Assembly: GCA_051294905.1 (NCBI GenBank)
Contig: CM119372.1
Span: 38,814,001 to 38,878,000 of the forward strand
Length of the DNA: 64,000 bases
Direction: 5' to 3'
Source: Botryllus schlosseri
Taxonomy: Eukaryota
Shown here: positions 49,001 to 62,089 of the stretch, piece by piece
How positions within the stretch are numbered: the stretch's first letter is position 1
Layout: each line of letters begins with the position of its first letter
Program-made: the position numbers and the translations under genes
Notes under the pieces: generated by a model
What the model was told of the DNA's origin: nothing
Databases searched by the model: none
The model's input: the letters and a program-made list of their open reading frames with translations, nothing else

Positions 49001-52000
49001 AAGTAGAAGTGGAAGTAGCCTAAACTCATAATGACGCTATGTACTCAGGTAAAATAGTACTTCGTTGCTGACCCCCTCTGTGTATTGGTTCAACCAACTC
49101 AGAAACATCCTTTAAAGACGACGAACATTGTTTCTTTTGCATTGACTCCGTAATATTCTGAACTTATGATATTCTTTGATTCATTGAATTTACAAATAAA
49201 CTTGGAAAGAAGTGCAATTTATTAATTTTTGTGCATTCGATACCCAGAGCATAAGAAATAGTTGAAGAAAAATGCATGTTAACCTTATCAAGTTCAATAA
49301 CTGCCGAGACTCTTATGCCTATGTATTTTCATCTACCTCCATAGCCACTTGTCTAGACAGATTCACAGCATCTACGGAGGAGCGCTTGTCTTGCTGTACA
49401 CAAATGAAATATCATTTTCGAAGCAGACATCAACATCAGGAAAGAAGTTCACGACAGTTAGTCAGTGGCCAGATCATCTGCTGACATTTTCTGTTGGCAT
49501 GAAACCACGCTGCCTTCTACTGCATGACCGAATTTTATGTGGGGATACTAATTGGCTCCAGGCTGAATTCTTGACGAGGGCATCATCAATTTCTTAGTTG
49601 CCTATGTTCGGCTCTCTTGGGATAATCCATCAGATCATTAATTCGTATACATGTGGTATAGCCATGTCTTGAAACTCAAGATATTTGCACTGTGCCAAAG
49701 AGTGAAGTAATCCAATTCAGGCAATCAATCAAGTAATCCAGGCCTCGGGACGGTTTGTTGCACCCTCAATTGGAGCTGATGATCATTTTTCTTCGGGTAG
49801 TGGCACTTGGCAGCATGACAGAATGATCAATAACTTGTAATATAGGTGTAGAGGTCTAAATATTTTGAATTGTTTAACTGAGAAGCCATACAATAGCATA
49901 GGATGTTTAATATATATATAGTATGTAGCACATGGTATGAATTCCTAACACATCAACGTACTGGCATTGGCAGTCATTGTCTGTAGGCTTAAAAATAGCA
50001 GTATCCTATATATATTCCAATCGATATCAATCATCAAAATGCTGCAATGATTACCAACTACCACTACAATACAACTATAGTATAGTACACATACTATCCA
50101 CACCTAACTTAATGCTGCAATAAATATCACGCAGTCAAAGTCCTGCAATGTCGAATTTTGTGTCATAAAATCATAGTTGGCTACCAAATAACGGCTACAA
50201 TGTCGATCATTTTGACGCAAGGAGTTTACATAGTTCATGAATCGAAGACATCAAACATATTTGAATCCTTGCGCATTTCCATGACACTTGCGTTTTATAT
50301 AAAACGTTGACAGCCCGAAAACGATAATATACTGTATCCGAAATACGGCTACGTTAACGACGGATTTCTGCGTAATTCTGACGATATCATTCTATATGTT
50401 TTGTACAGGATTGACATCTAGCATAGGTGAATCTCTGATGACTCCTACAACAAATTTCCAAAACGTTTACAACCAGAAATCAACAGTACAATATGCGATA
50501 TTTAGCACTGAAGCAGGTGCGCGAGAAAGTAGCTTGCTAACCAATTTGTGGTTGCTATGCGACCTAGTCACGTGATCGAAGTCCTGCAAAAGGCCTATTG
50601 TGTACTATTTGGCCATCTCGGATTTGAGCTCTGGTGATAGCTAGAGTCGGTATTTTCATTTGATCTGCAACATACTTCATCACGGGCCCTTGAAATTGTC
50701 TGACCAGTCGTTCGTGTTTACCAGCCCTTCTATACTGTTAGGTCTGTGCAGATGTGGTTGCGTTTTGTAGCCAGGACCGAAACAACACTTTTAAATCAAC
50801 TCCCGTCCCCAAAAACACTGGTCTTGGGCCCACCACAGGGTGATCGATGAAACTTCTGGTTGGGTTACTATATGCATCTGGTTTCTATGTGCCTCTGGTT
50901 GTTGAATTTTGTGAATGAATTCTGTCAATAATATTGGTTCTTCCCTATATCACTATAACATTTTTATCCTCTCTGAGCGTCAGTTTGCGGTAGAGCTGGC
51001 GGAGATGATGACTTTGAAAATGCAGGGAACTTAATTGTACATCACCAAGTCATGCTGATGTTACGCGGATAGGACTATTTATGAGACGAAATGCGGGTTC
51101 ACACCAACACGTTTCACATCCAGTGGTTTCCAACCTTTTATGGTCGTGACACCATTTCCCATTTGAAAATGTTCCGTGGCCCAACTAACTCCAAATTTGG
51201 TGAGCGGATTACTAAAAAATGGTTAACAGTAGGGATGGTGTGAACGCGAGATTCACCGCGTTCTGTGTGTGAACCTCGGAAATTTTGAGGTTCGCGTTCA
51301 CAACAGAACCTTGGTAGGTTCTGCACTGTGAACCTTTTTCATATATTGCAATCTTCCCTTCATTATAACATATTTGGCTCAAATTTATTGCATTTCAACT
51401 GCGCGTCACTCATGCAATGCGCTGGCAGCATAAACAATCAACACTAAACGAGCATATGTACCTTGACAATCTCAGAAATTTCACTTGCTCGAAATATCCA
51501 ACTTTCCGTCTGTGAATATTTAGTGACTCTTTGCTGTGCAATCACATAACATCAAGAGCGAAATACACTGCATGTAGTCAGCAAATGATGCTTATTAAAC
51601 CAATCAATGAGATTGATATCGTTTTCTGATGTAAAAATCTAGCAGGCGTACGGGGTCAATCGTGATTTCATATGTAAACTGTATCATGAACACCAAATCC
51701 CAAATCCGTGCGATTGGGGTGTTGCCTACTGTTGTATAACTTGATAGTGTGGTAATATAGGTAGCAAGTATAGAAACCCGTTTTACACTCTGATCAATAT
51801 CCATGTAGCAATACTCAGGCGCCGAATACATTGTTCGGTCTGGCCGAGACCGTTAAGGCGTAAGCTTATATTCCCTGGCAAATCCTCGTCGAAATTGTTA
51901 GCAAAGCGACAGAAGATCTTGATTTTATGGGATTATTATATCATTTTATTGCCTCATTTGATACATTTGGCGACGTTCAAAACATCAATATGTAGCCTAC

Positions 52001-53478
52001 TTCAGCACTGTGCCATTATGTGGCCCGAGTCGTCGCTAGGTATCGTGTACAGTAGGCCTACATATATTGTACAATACATATACGAAATGTAGGCAATTAC
52101 ATAATTGAAATGAAGGGTTGAAATTAGCAATATGACGTCACGTGACGTCATGAGGTTCACGTTCGCGTTCACACAGAACTATTCGAAAATGTTCGCGTTC
52201 ACACGAACCTGAATCTTTCAGAGGTTCACGCCATCCCTAGTTAACACCTTCATCCAGGCTTAATCACGGCCTATGTTGGAAGGATTAAGTTGAACATCTT
52301 CGTGAGCCCCAGAAAAGGGCCACTATCTTTGACTAAATCAGTGGTTCCCAACGTGGGCGATTTGGCGGTCTAGGGAGGCGAAAATGACGAAGGGGGCGAT
52401 GGAGGGCGAAAATAGCGAAGGGGCGATTGGGGGGCGATGACGCGCCAAAACAGCTGACTTTTTTTTTTTTTAGTCAACCCACGGAAACTTAGTGAAAAAA
52501 GTGTCAAAATTAGGCTTCGAGCCGAAAAGTTGACTTTTTTTTTTTTTTTAGTCAACCCGCCGGTGATTATAGTTTGTATGGCCAATTTTCGGTACACAAA
52601 ATTTGGGGGCGATGATCGGTGTTGAGCTTGAAAAGGGGGCGATGGGTCGAAAAAGGTTGGGAACCACTGGACTATATCATCCAAACGGCTTTAACGACGC
52701 TGGGAATTTTCGGTTCTCTTAAAATTGCAATTACAATTAGTCTAATTACAGTAAATGATAGCTATTTTGATTTAGTTTTTTATTGTAGTATTTGGCGAGG
52801 GCAGCGGTATACTCTTATTAAAATCAGTATATGCGAAAGATATTGTTTAAGTTGATTTACTAAAAACTTTTACATTTCCTCCCGGACGCAGTTTCAACAG
52901 GGACATTCCGGACGTATGGCAACCCTAGCATATGATAGATCTAATAACATGGTGAAAAAGCGACATAGCAAGATGAAATTGAATAGGGCTCTGACCAGTT
53001 ATAATAATTCGTCTTTAATAGCGTGGTTGAACGTCCGTGACTGTGTGAAAATACGTTCAGTTGGCCGCCGTAAGGCAACCGAAAGTAATCACGTATAATC
53101 GCGAGTCGTAAATGTGTAAATTTGATCTTCTGATACGTTCGTCAAGTTCAAATTACGACACGAATCGTACCAATCCGTCATATTACCAAGACGGGAGTTG
53201 CGGAATCTGGTTAGAATTCAGAGCCAATAAATATTGATTTATATCCTTTTGTACGGTAGGTATGAAAGTGTATATAATGATTTGACGAAATATAGCCTAA
53301 TTAGCAGTTTTTTACCTGTCGCTGCGGAGCCTCTCTCATGGGCGTAGTTAGACTGAAGTACCAAGAGGTATGAAGTTTCGTAACACATGGCTAAAAGTAA
53401 CACCGACGAAAGCAACGCAATGGATCTCAAGGATGTGCGTTTTGCAATGCAATAGTAGTTCTGCTTTCCCGGCGTCAT
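44887..53478 (-). CDS. GT31 beta-1,3-glycosyltransferase (B3GNT/B3GALT-like), type II membrane protein, 444 aa, 2 coding exons
   Basis: Exon 1 53478-53316 (MTPGKQ...SLRSIALLSSVLLLAMCY TM anchor, donor G|gtaaaa) spliced in phase 1 to exon 2 46058-44887 (cttacag| acceptor). Motifs FLLIGIKS, RRDAIRLTWG, VFLLG, DILQWDF, GDDD (DxD), YPPYVSGGGF, DAFVG, YH. Confidence 0.88.
46414..47272. mobile_element. hAT MITE inserted into a SINE
   Basis: TSD CTCTAACA on both sides; TGGGCAAAC TIR core. Confidence 0.75.
47836..50596. mobile_element. Long-TIR DNA transposon relic, ISL2EU/Harbinger-like
   Basis: About 255-bp inverted repeats starting AGGCCTTTTGCAGGACTTCGATCACGTGAC; AT dinucleotide flanks; decayed HTH-like coding remnant near 49260-49400. 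Confidence 0.75.
48564..49080. mobile_element. Tol2-like MITE (CAGAGGTGGTCA TIR, AAGTA repeats); related fragments at 1-113, about 30560-31040, 32018 and 41935-42540
   Basis: CAGAGGTGGTCA..TGACC(C)CCTCTG ends and AGTAGAAGTA subterminal motifs. Confidence 0.65.
51230..52239. mobile_element. Second copy of the 42558 hAT MITE family (lacks the nested insert)
   Basis: Same TIR, TSD GTTAACAG/GTTAACAC, collinear similarity. Confidence 0.88.
52339..52669. mobile_element. hAT MITE with GGGCGA repeats
   Basis: TIR CAGTGGTTCCCAAC, TSD GACTAAAT/GACTATAT. Confidence 0.8.
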
Positions 53479-56400
53479 CGCGAGAAGTCCTGATGAAACA
53501 AACTTGTTCGGGTTTAGTTCAGATTAGCTTACCCTTAATCCGTCATCCACCCTTCAACAGTCTGCGATCTAAACACCGACTGGTTGTTAAATCAATCAGC
53601 GAATTATAGGATGTAGTATGCAGTAATTGCTTGTGATTAGCATGGTACAAAACTATTCAACGGAGAAAGTACAATCCTACATGTTACCTAGTTGTGGTAT
53701 GTGTATGGTAGCCATTGATGGGGGTTACTTCTGGGCGACTGAGGCATTTTGCACTGTGTGTGTATGTTCAATTGTTCATTGATGAAACTATATCGCTATT
53801 GTCCAACGGGACACAGTCTATCAGTTATTGGGCCATATGGTGACATTTTCATCAACAAGTTGAAAGTGAATACCCATTGACCTAATTGCAGCATGGGTCG
53901 CGCGTTTCGGCTACATGTCGTAACAAAATGCAAGAGCGGTGACAACAAAAAAATGCCGATAATCATTGAGCTCGTCCCTCTTTGATGCATATCATTTACT
54001 ACACGGTTTGATGAATCCACAGTGTATTGCAAATCCAGATTTAAGTACTCAACTTTTGGGCCTCGACCCTATAACAATTTCATTTGCATTACATAAATCC
54101 CTCGGACGGTAGACCGCTGCCTTCCGAAGGGCTCACGGACCTCGATTTAAGAATTTTCTCGTTGCACACTTCTTTTGCCGCTCCATGCATACTCATTTCA
54201 ATACTAGTTGAAATAAAAATCTATATTTTCAAAAGGCCTTTTTTGGCATTTTCAATTTTTTTTTGGCAGTTTTTGCAGTTGGTTCCCGAAATGCCAAAAT
54301 AATACGGACTGGTCATAGTCATAGTAATTTTATTGAAATTTTTATTAGATTGAAACACGCACGCTGGATCAAAATGATGAAGGATAACATAAAATGTCTG
54401 GTGATGGAAATGAATGTGGCTGGTGCCGGTAGGCAAGGTCGATTCGTCAGATCGTGGTCCAGAATACTTGTGACCTGTTTCGTATTCATTCATTATAGAA
54501 CTGCTTATATTTGGACTCGATTGTGCCCACTGGGCAAGATCAACGACTGGTGCATAACCGCCGAGATACTGTTATAAAGTCATCGTCCAGAATTCTTTGA
54601 TAAAGCGATGTGTTCCCATCTACATGTAATTCGTCACGATCATGGGAGTTAAAATACGAGGACGGGACGGGCATGTGTTGTGCGTTTTGTATCCGACCTA
54701 AAGTAGTCGTTGAAATGTTTGGGACAATGATCGCAATGGAACTGATACATAAACTTGACAATGCATAGTTTCCTCCTATCTTCTTAGAATACAACAGTGG
54801 TTCTCAAACCGGAGCTCCCTCCCACTAGGGGGCGTGAAATCATCTGAATGTGGGCGCGAATCGGCGTTCAACTCAGACAACGGCTCATTCGTATCGGTTA
54901 CTACCTACAGTGATGAAAAACCCAAAATGATTTTAAGCCATATAGCTTCAAGTTGAAAGAAGATCTCTTATGACGACAAACCTCCGTATACTAATCGGTT
55001 GCATGTGAAAACTGTTATTAGGAACTGCCTGACAAAACAGCTCTGACAAAATGTGACTGTTGCTGTAAACAAGGGTTGCCATATTTTTAATCGGGAAAGG
55101 GGACACTTTGAAATACCCGCCGGAGAATTACTTCAGCACTGATTTAATGCATCTCAGTCGAAGTTTGCCCTAAATGTAACCAAAATTCTCAAAAAAGAGG
55201 ACAAAATCACAAAAAGGAGGACATTTAGGCGTCCTCGGAGGACATTTTCAAAAACATGAAAAAGAAGGACCAATCCTCTTAAGGGAGGACGTATCGTAAC
55301 CCTACTATAAATTCCGTTCGACATGCCTGATTATATTCATATTACATTTAATTTCTTACTTTATAATCATTTATTTGTTTTGCCCATCTCGGCGCCTTCA
55401 TAGTTCTATACTTACCTCGAATGTAGTATCAAATCTGAAGCTTCCACAATATATCCATGCGATGCCCAGAAAAGTTAAATCTATCTGTCGGAATTATATC
55501 TATAACACATTCATGCTGGAACCAGACAATGATACAAATTCAACGATGTAGACAGAAGCACAGTTGTAGTAATTTCAGAGCCTACTACTTCCACAACCAG
55601 AATGCGAAGGCTTGGAATTAGATGGCGACTTGGTTTCAAAGCAAAGGGACAATACTGCCGAATTTGTTGTTGGCCATATGATACGTGAAATGACGCAGGA
55701 CATACCACACTCACGACGTGCGGTAGCATTGAACTGATGTGTCTACCGCATCTAATTCGTATATAATCGAACATCGAGTTCATATCAACTTTCCGCGATT
55801 CCTTATAGAGCATGGGTTCTTAACCTTCAATTACCTGGAGGTTCTTACACTAATCCGCAAGCCTTTGGCAAATCTCGAGTCACAGAATAAACCATTCACC
55901 ACATCCACATCTATCTGCACATATATTTAAGGTTGCATTTAAAACTAATGATGTTTTAAAACACTTTGTTTAAAACATGTTTTAAACATCGTTTTAAATA
56001 AAAACAAAATAGTTTTTTGTTTCAACCTTTGTATAATTATGCCATAATTCAGTCAATACTTTCGGAAAACATGTAATATGAGCCTACGTGCTATTTGCAC
56101 CCAATATAGTCGACATACACGATAAGGAGATGGCCGGAGCCCTGGAAATCGTCGTCGGTTCAACGGCTTTAGCAAGCATCATTGGTACGGAATGGCTGTT
56201 CTGATGATGATGACCGCCGACCTTAAAAATGCTTCATATCCATGTAGTTTCGGTTAAAGATATTTTTGCTACGTTTATGAGAGTGATCGGATGCCTTTTC
56301 CGCCAAAGACTCCATATTTATCCAATATTTTCCATTGTCAATGGCTATCCCCTGCGGATTGATGACGTCATGACTAACAACAAAACAATAATAAAGATGT

Positions 56401-58217
56401 TGTAAACAAGGTTCCTATTTTAAACATGTTTGTTTCAATTCCAACCCTATACAAACATTACATTACACAAACGAACTGTGCATCAATAGAGCGACAAAAG
56501 AGAAAACCAAAAAATATTATTTCCACATAAAACGAAAATAGTATAATGAATATTTCTTGCATATCAGTGACTTTTGCGATTCCGGCAGAGGCAACTTTGA
56601 AATTCGACTTCTCGCCTTAGAACGGCCCTTGCATTGTTCAGTCGAGCCGCAAAAAAGTGATACCAATTGTTTAATTGCAGATGAGCTTTAAAATATTGGA
56701 GATGGATTGGTTTTCAGACGGACGAAGTTTCGATTGCAAGCCTAATCGGGCCTATATACTTGCCTCAACGAATGATGACCATAAGACAGGGGTTCTCAAA
56801 GGGTTGGTCATGCCCCACTGGTGGGCTACAGGAGTAAGTTGAGGTTGGCCACAGAGCTATTGGGAAAATAGTAGAATTAGTGAAAGTTTAGTTATATTTG
56901 TTATGTTCATATATTCATAAATACATTCATATTATCGAATCATACGTTGGATACATATCCGACTCTGATGAGATGTGTAGTCGCACGTAAGGAGTAACAA
57001 TGTAGCCTACACGTCGAAAATGGGAGCGGAAACGGCGGCTTTTGTCCCTGGCTACGACAAGCTACGGTCGACAGGAACGAAAATAATTTCGATTATACAA
57101 TAACTCGAAATTAATGCTGAAGTATAACCAGGTATTCCGGTGGTGCCGTACGTTATTTCTACGCGGCAGTCTGAGTCCTGCCCTGCCGATTATATAGGCG
57201 CAGACGCCTGTCCAATGGGTTATCTACAGATGCTAATCGTTGTAATTCATACACGTGTTCCATGAATTTAATAACGCAGGATTCAAACTGCCGCGCAGAA
57301 ACAATTAAAAATTAATTTTGCGACAACGTAAATAACCAACAATTGGTGGTTCACAGAGACTCATATAGCGGTGGGGACAGCCTATCTGAAAAGGTTTGAT
57401 TGCAAATGATTACTAAAATTTAGATTAACTAATGAAAAGCGTAATAAGTCTGATGCTGAAGTGTATTTGATGTAGATTTACGGAACTGTGGCGTCGTATT
57501 ATTGTAACACAAACATATAGCCACAATTGCAATTCATTATCAATTATCATTTTCCTGTGGAAGTATGCGGCACCACCGCAACGAATCATAATGGATCAAG
57601 AATTTAGCGCAGCACATTAATCTTTAGAGTCGGTCTAAGAATGTCCAGCGTTGAAGTCATTGTACGTAATGTAAGAGTAACATTAATTTATTGTATCATT
57701 GGATTTATTGTTGTGACATCGCGACTTCAATATGTACATTGCACAGCTTGCATATTAAAAAATTCTTCATCCACTTCTCTGTAGAATCCCATTCATCAAA
57801 GAATTGTTTGAAGCAGCCGCAGAATGGTTAAAATATTCCATTCAATCACACAGTGGATGCGGGGATTGGATCATTGGGGTTGGCGACGTGAGTGGGCAAG
57901 AGGAAATACGCAAGAGTTATACGATCTTCTAGGGCCGTAACTGTCGAGCCCCAAACCCTCCAGTGGGGGGGAGCTCAAACTTGAAAATTTCATGTTCCTA
58001 CAGGCCCAGAGATGGAAGTCGGGCCGGGCTTTTCGGGTTCGGGCCCAAAGTTATAAAAATTATCGGGATTGAATCGGGCCGAATAGTCACTACGAAAAGC
58101 ATTGACTTCATATACAAATTTGATTTGCAATTTTGTTCGAAAGTGGCACAACTACATATAAGATACACCAATACCGCATCACGTAAGTATGGCAATATCT
58201 GTGAATAAACTTTATAC

Positions 58218-59655
58218 TAGTGGTTCCCAACCTTTTTCGGTGTCAGGGCCAAATTTAGAATTTCCGAGTACGGTCGGGGCCGCACAAGTACCAGGGCAAT
58301 GAAACGGACCCAAAATAGTAATAAAAATATGAAAATTGGCATTGTTCCGATCAATCGCTTGACGTCATTGGCCATTGTTATGGTCATTGTGTTGCTGCGC
58401 TCCCATTTCAGAACAATCGACCTTTGGTGGCTATTGCGGACTAGTTTTATTGCCCTGGCGAGATTTCAATTCGTATTTTTGGAATCAGTGCAACACTATA
58501 GCTTTCGATAAAGATCGCACCTATCAAATTATTCGGGTGCTTGAGTCGCGAGCTATGGGACTATATCAGGGTTGTAACCAAGTCACAAGGCTCCGAGTCA
58601 CAAGTCAATCTCACTTTCATAGTTCAGACTCGAGTCAAGTCGAGTCATTTTCAATTCACCCCCGAGTCAAGTCCAAGTCCAAGTCATCGAGCAGAGGGTC
58701 GAGTCCGAGTCATGGTATTATGACTAGAGTCCGAGTCATTGTATTGACTGCTCAGTATCCTGTTGAAGTCTTGTTAAACCCAGTTTTTAGATAACTGTTT
58801 AGTGATATCGAATGGTTCGCATTTATAATAGACTAATTTTCCTCACTTTCAGCAGTTTCTGGTCTCATTTTCAAGTGCCAGTACCAATAGACAAAATGCC
58901 AATGGGGTGGTTACTTTACTATTCTTCGAAATTACAATGAAATGTCGGTTTTGGCCATCTGAGTCACAAGTCATATGACTGGGTTCGAGTCATGCCCAAC
59001 GACTCGAGTCCAAGTCGAGTCAATATACAGAGTCGAACTCGAGTCAAGTCGAGTCATCAGAAAATCGTGACTCGAGTCGAATCATGACTCGAGTCATTAA
59101 AACCAATGTTCATTCTAAGCTGCGAACGTGCGCAAATGCGCAGTGCTGACGCGGTCTCTGCGCATAGAAAATCTTAGTTGCGCACAAAAAATCCGAAGTG
59201 ATGACCTTTTTTTCAGTCGTTACGCACAGTTGTCCAAGGGTCTGCGCAGTAAATTGTCGAGTGTGCGCAGACTCGTCAAAAATTAGAGAGAATATTGATT
59301 ACAACCCTGACTCTATGCTGCTTTTTGCCGGCTAAGCAGTGCCCATCTCGGGGTATTCAACCGTGATTCACGTGTTGCACATCTATCCGTAGATTAGTTA
59401 TCTACGGATCTATAGCTATTGCTCGTTCAATTGGAAAGTTAGAGCACATTGCATTGACACAGCAGTGATGTAACGTTAGCTTTACAACTTTCCTGCAATC
59501 CTTATTAAAAACTGCAGACTCCGAGCCAAGCAAGAGTATTTTATGAATATAAATTTTATTTTTCGTCATAAATCAATTTTCTTATATTTTTTGGGCCGCA
59601 AGAAGGCTATCTGGGGGCCGCATGCGGCCCTCGGGGCCGCGGTTGGGAATCACTG
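58218..59655. mobile_element. hAT MITE hosting nested MITEs 58567-59309 and 59104-59297
   Basis: TIR (T/C)AGTG(G/A)TTCCCAACC; inner CAGGGTTGTAA TIR; innermost CAAT(G/A)TTC TIR with TSD ATTAAAAC/ATTACAAC. Confidence 0.75.
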
Positions 59656-60124
59656 CAGTTTATACGAAGTACGAACCCAGATAAACTTCATTATAAGACG
59701 GCCCGAAGACTATGATTGAATAATGAAACAATGTCAGCTAAATAGTAAACAAGTGTCCCAAATACGCCAGACATTGATCACTGTTCAGGCCACATTGTAA
59801 CGAAAACATGAATTACGGATGAATGGATTACCATGCTGGAGCCTGGATTACTACCAATTTAGTTTTAATTTCGATGAGGCATGCTGAACTGAACAGCTAG
59901 AAGCAGGTGATGAGACGACGGCTTCCGTTGTGGCACAGTAGGATTGATCGATAGATGTGTTACGGCGGTGTTAATATTTATTAAAGAAAGCTTTTAGATG
60001 CGCCATAGTGATTTTGTCGTCCATGGTGAATTGCTTTAGGTCTATACGGAAACTAACTTATATTGTATTAGGCTATGTGACAGCGGTAGTATTGTTATAT
60101 AGTAGGCTACACTAACAGTATATA

Positions 60125-61205
60125 ATGCAGACGATACATGAATTATCAAAAGAATTGCAGGGACATCCAGAACGGTTTACGTTTTCTCCTGCTCCAGGTC
60201 GATCAGAGTTTTGGAGGACAATGAAAGTCGTAGCACGGCGTTGTCAGCCTACTAATGCTGTAATTGGTGTCACACCGGAAATTTTGACCGGAATAGTTTC
60301 ATGCGGTGTTTGCAAACTAGTATTAAAATACGATTGCCAAAAAACAGGGTCGTCCCATATCAAGCGCCATTCCGAACATTGCAAGCCTGGACCTCATGGA
60401 AAAAAGAAGCAGCAGCTAATGTTACAGTTTGCGCAAATAAAACGCTTAGACTAAGCGAATCTGAAAAGCTGGACATAAAAACTGCTGAATTGGAGTTTTG
60501 CGTTCGTGGCTATCATGCCTTTCATTCAGTTGAAAATGACGGCCTGATCAAGCTATTACAGCAATTTGTGAACATGTCCGCGACGCATGGACGTTTTAAT
60601 GTATCAGACGTGATATATGGACGTAAAACTATATCGTTATATTGCTAGGAAAAAGCTGCAGTCATAAGGGAAAGGATAACAGAGGTTTTAGTTGAACCAC
60701 AGTTAGCCGAAGCCGTCGCAGTAACGTTGGACTTGTGTACGGACGAATACAAGCATACGTCATATATACCTAGACGTACACGTCTTCTGGATTGACAAGT
60801 CCTTTGAAATGAAACATCAAGTTTTGGCGGTACGTCATTTTGGGACTGAACGTCACACCGTTGAAAATATTTCACGGGCTATACAGACTATATTGGCTGA
60901 ATATACTCTTGATGCTTCAAACATTACGGCAACTACCGACCACGGTGCAAATGTTGTCGCTGCCTTTCGAGTAGGAATGTTGGAAACGTCCGCACGCCTT
61001 AACTGTATGGCACACAGGCTACATACTTGCTTCTCAACCATGTGGTCACGGGTATGCACTTCACAGTCAGGATTGCTTGATTACGATAACAATGCATCTT
61101 CTCTGGTAAAGTATTGTAATCAAGCCTCCGGTGTGCAGGAACAACTGCCCGTGTCGTTGAAAAAAGGCTCGTCAACTCGGAGATGGCAAGGCCATATTGA
61201 TAGAT
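60125..61205 (+). pseudogene. hAT transposase relic (hobo/Hermes/Tol2-like), frameshifted and 3'-interrupted
   Basis: BED finger (FW...CGVC...GSSHIKRHSEHC), Hermes-type DBD (FCVRGYHAFHSVENDG), TLDLCTD, HTVENI, TTDHGANV, CMAHRLH (CxxH); candidate left end CAGAGATGG at 58007 with TCGGGCC repeats. Confidence 0.85.
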
Positions 61206-61345
61206 AGTAAGGGAAACTTGTGAAAATCTGTGAACTATATTGTTACCAAACAATTTTTTCACCAATATGTTTGTTAAGGTGTGTAATAACATGTGTTAAA
61301 ATGTTGAAGTTCAACTCTTGTGGGAAACCCCCCAAAAAGCTGTTA

Positions 61346-61635
61346 AATTTGACGAATTAAAAAAAAATTGAAAAAAAATTAAAAAATATTTATCGCCCAT
61401 AAGTAACTTGGGACGTGTTTATTAATGGTTTTCCATGATTCTCAATTGATTGTTAACACTTATAATTCACTGCAGACTCTGATTTGTGAATTTGACGAAA
61501 TAAAAAATAAATAAATAAATAAAATAAAAAATCTTTATCGCCCATAAGTAACTTAGGACGTGTTTAATAATGGCTTTCCATGAACCTCAATTGATTGTTA
61601 ACACTTATAATTCACTACAGGCTCTGCTTTGTGAA
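61346..61635. repeat. Tandem duplication, two units of about 145 bp
   Basis: AATTTGACGAA...TTTATCGCCCATAAGTAACTT.GGACGTG...TTGTG repeated twice. Confidence 0.85.
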
Positions 61636-62089
61636 AAACGCCACACCCACTGTTATATTCATGCACAAAATCGCCTTTATTTCGCTTAGCTATGTTCACT
61701 GAAGAGGTAGCCTATTTCACATGCACAATATCAGACATTTCAACAGGCATCGCCTATGCCTTCTTCGGACTCAACATCATCGTAATTGCAATTATTGCAT
61801 TATAGGGTCTTTACATACTCCACAGGCTGAAATGCAGGTGACCATTCTTCTTGCAGCTGTATAATCGGTTGTTGCAATCTTTATGACAACTATAGCTTTT
61901 GAACTGCAATAGCTCATCAGGTTCATATCTATGCACGCCTATTGTCCATCCGTAATCGCTGGGGTTCGGAGACAAGTTCTGTAAACGAATCAAATCCCGG
62001 GTCTGCAGGTACTCGCGGAGTGGACGTTATTAAGCTGTTGGAGGTAGTGTCTCCGGTTTTATCACTCCTGTCGCTGTCTTCCTCTAGAA

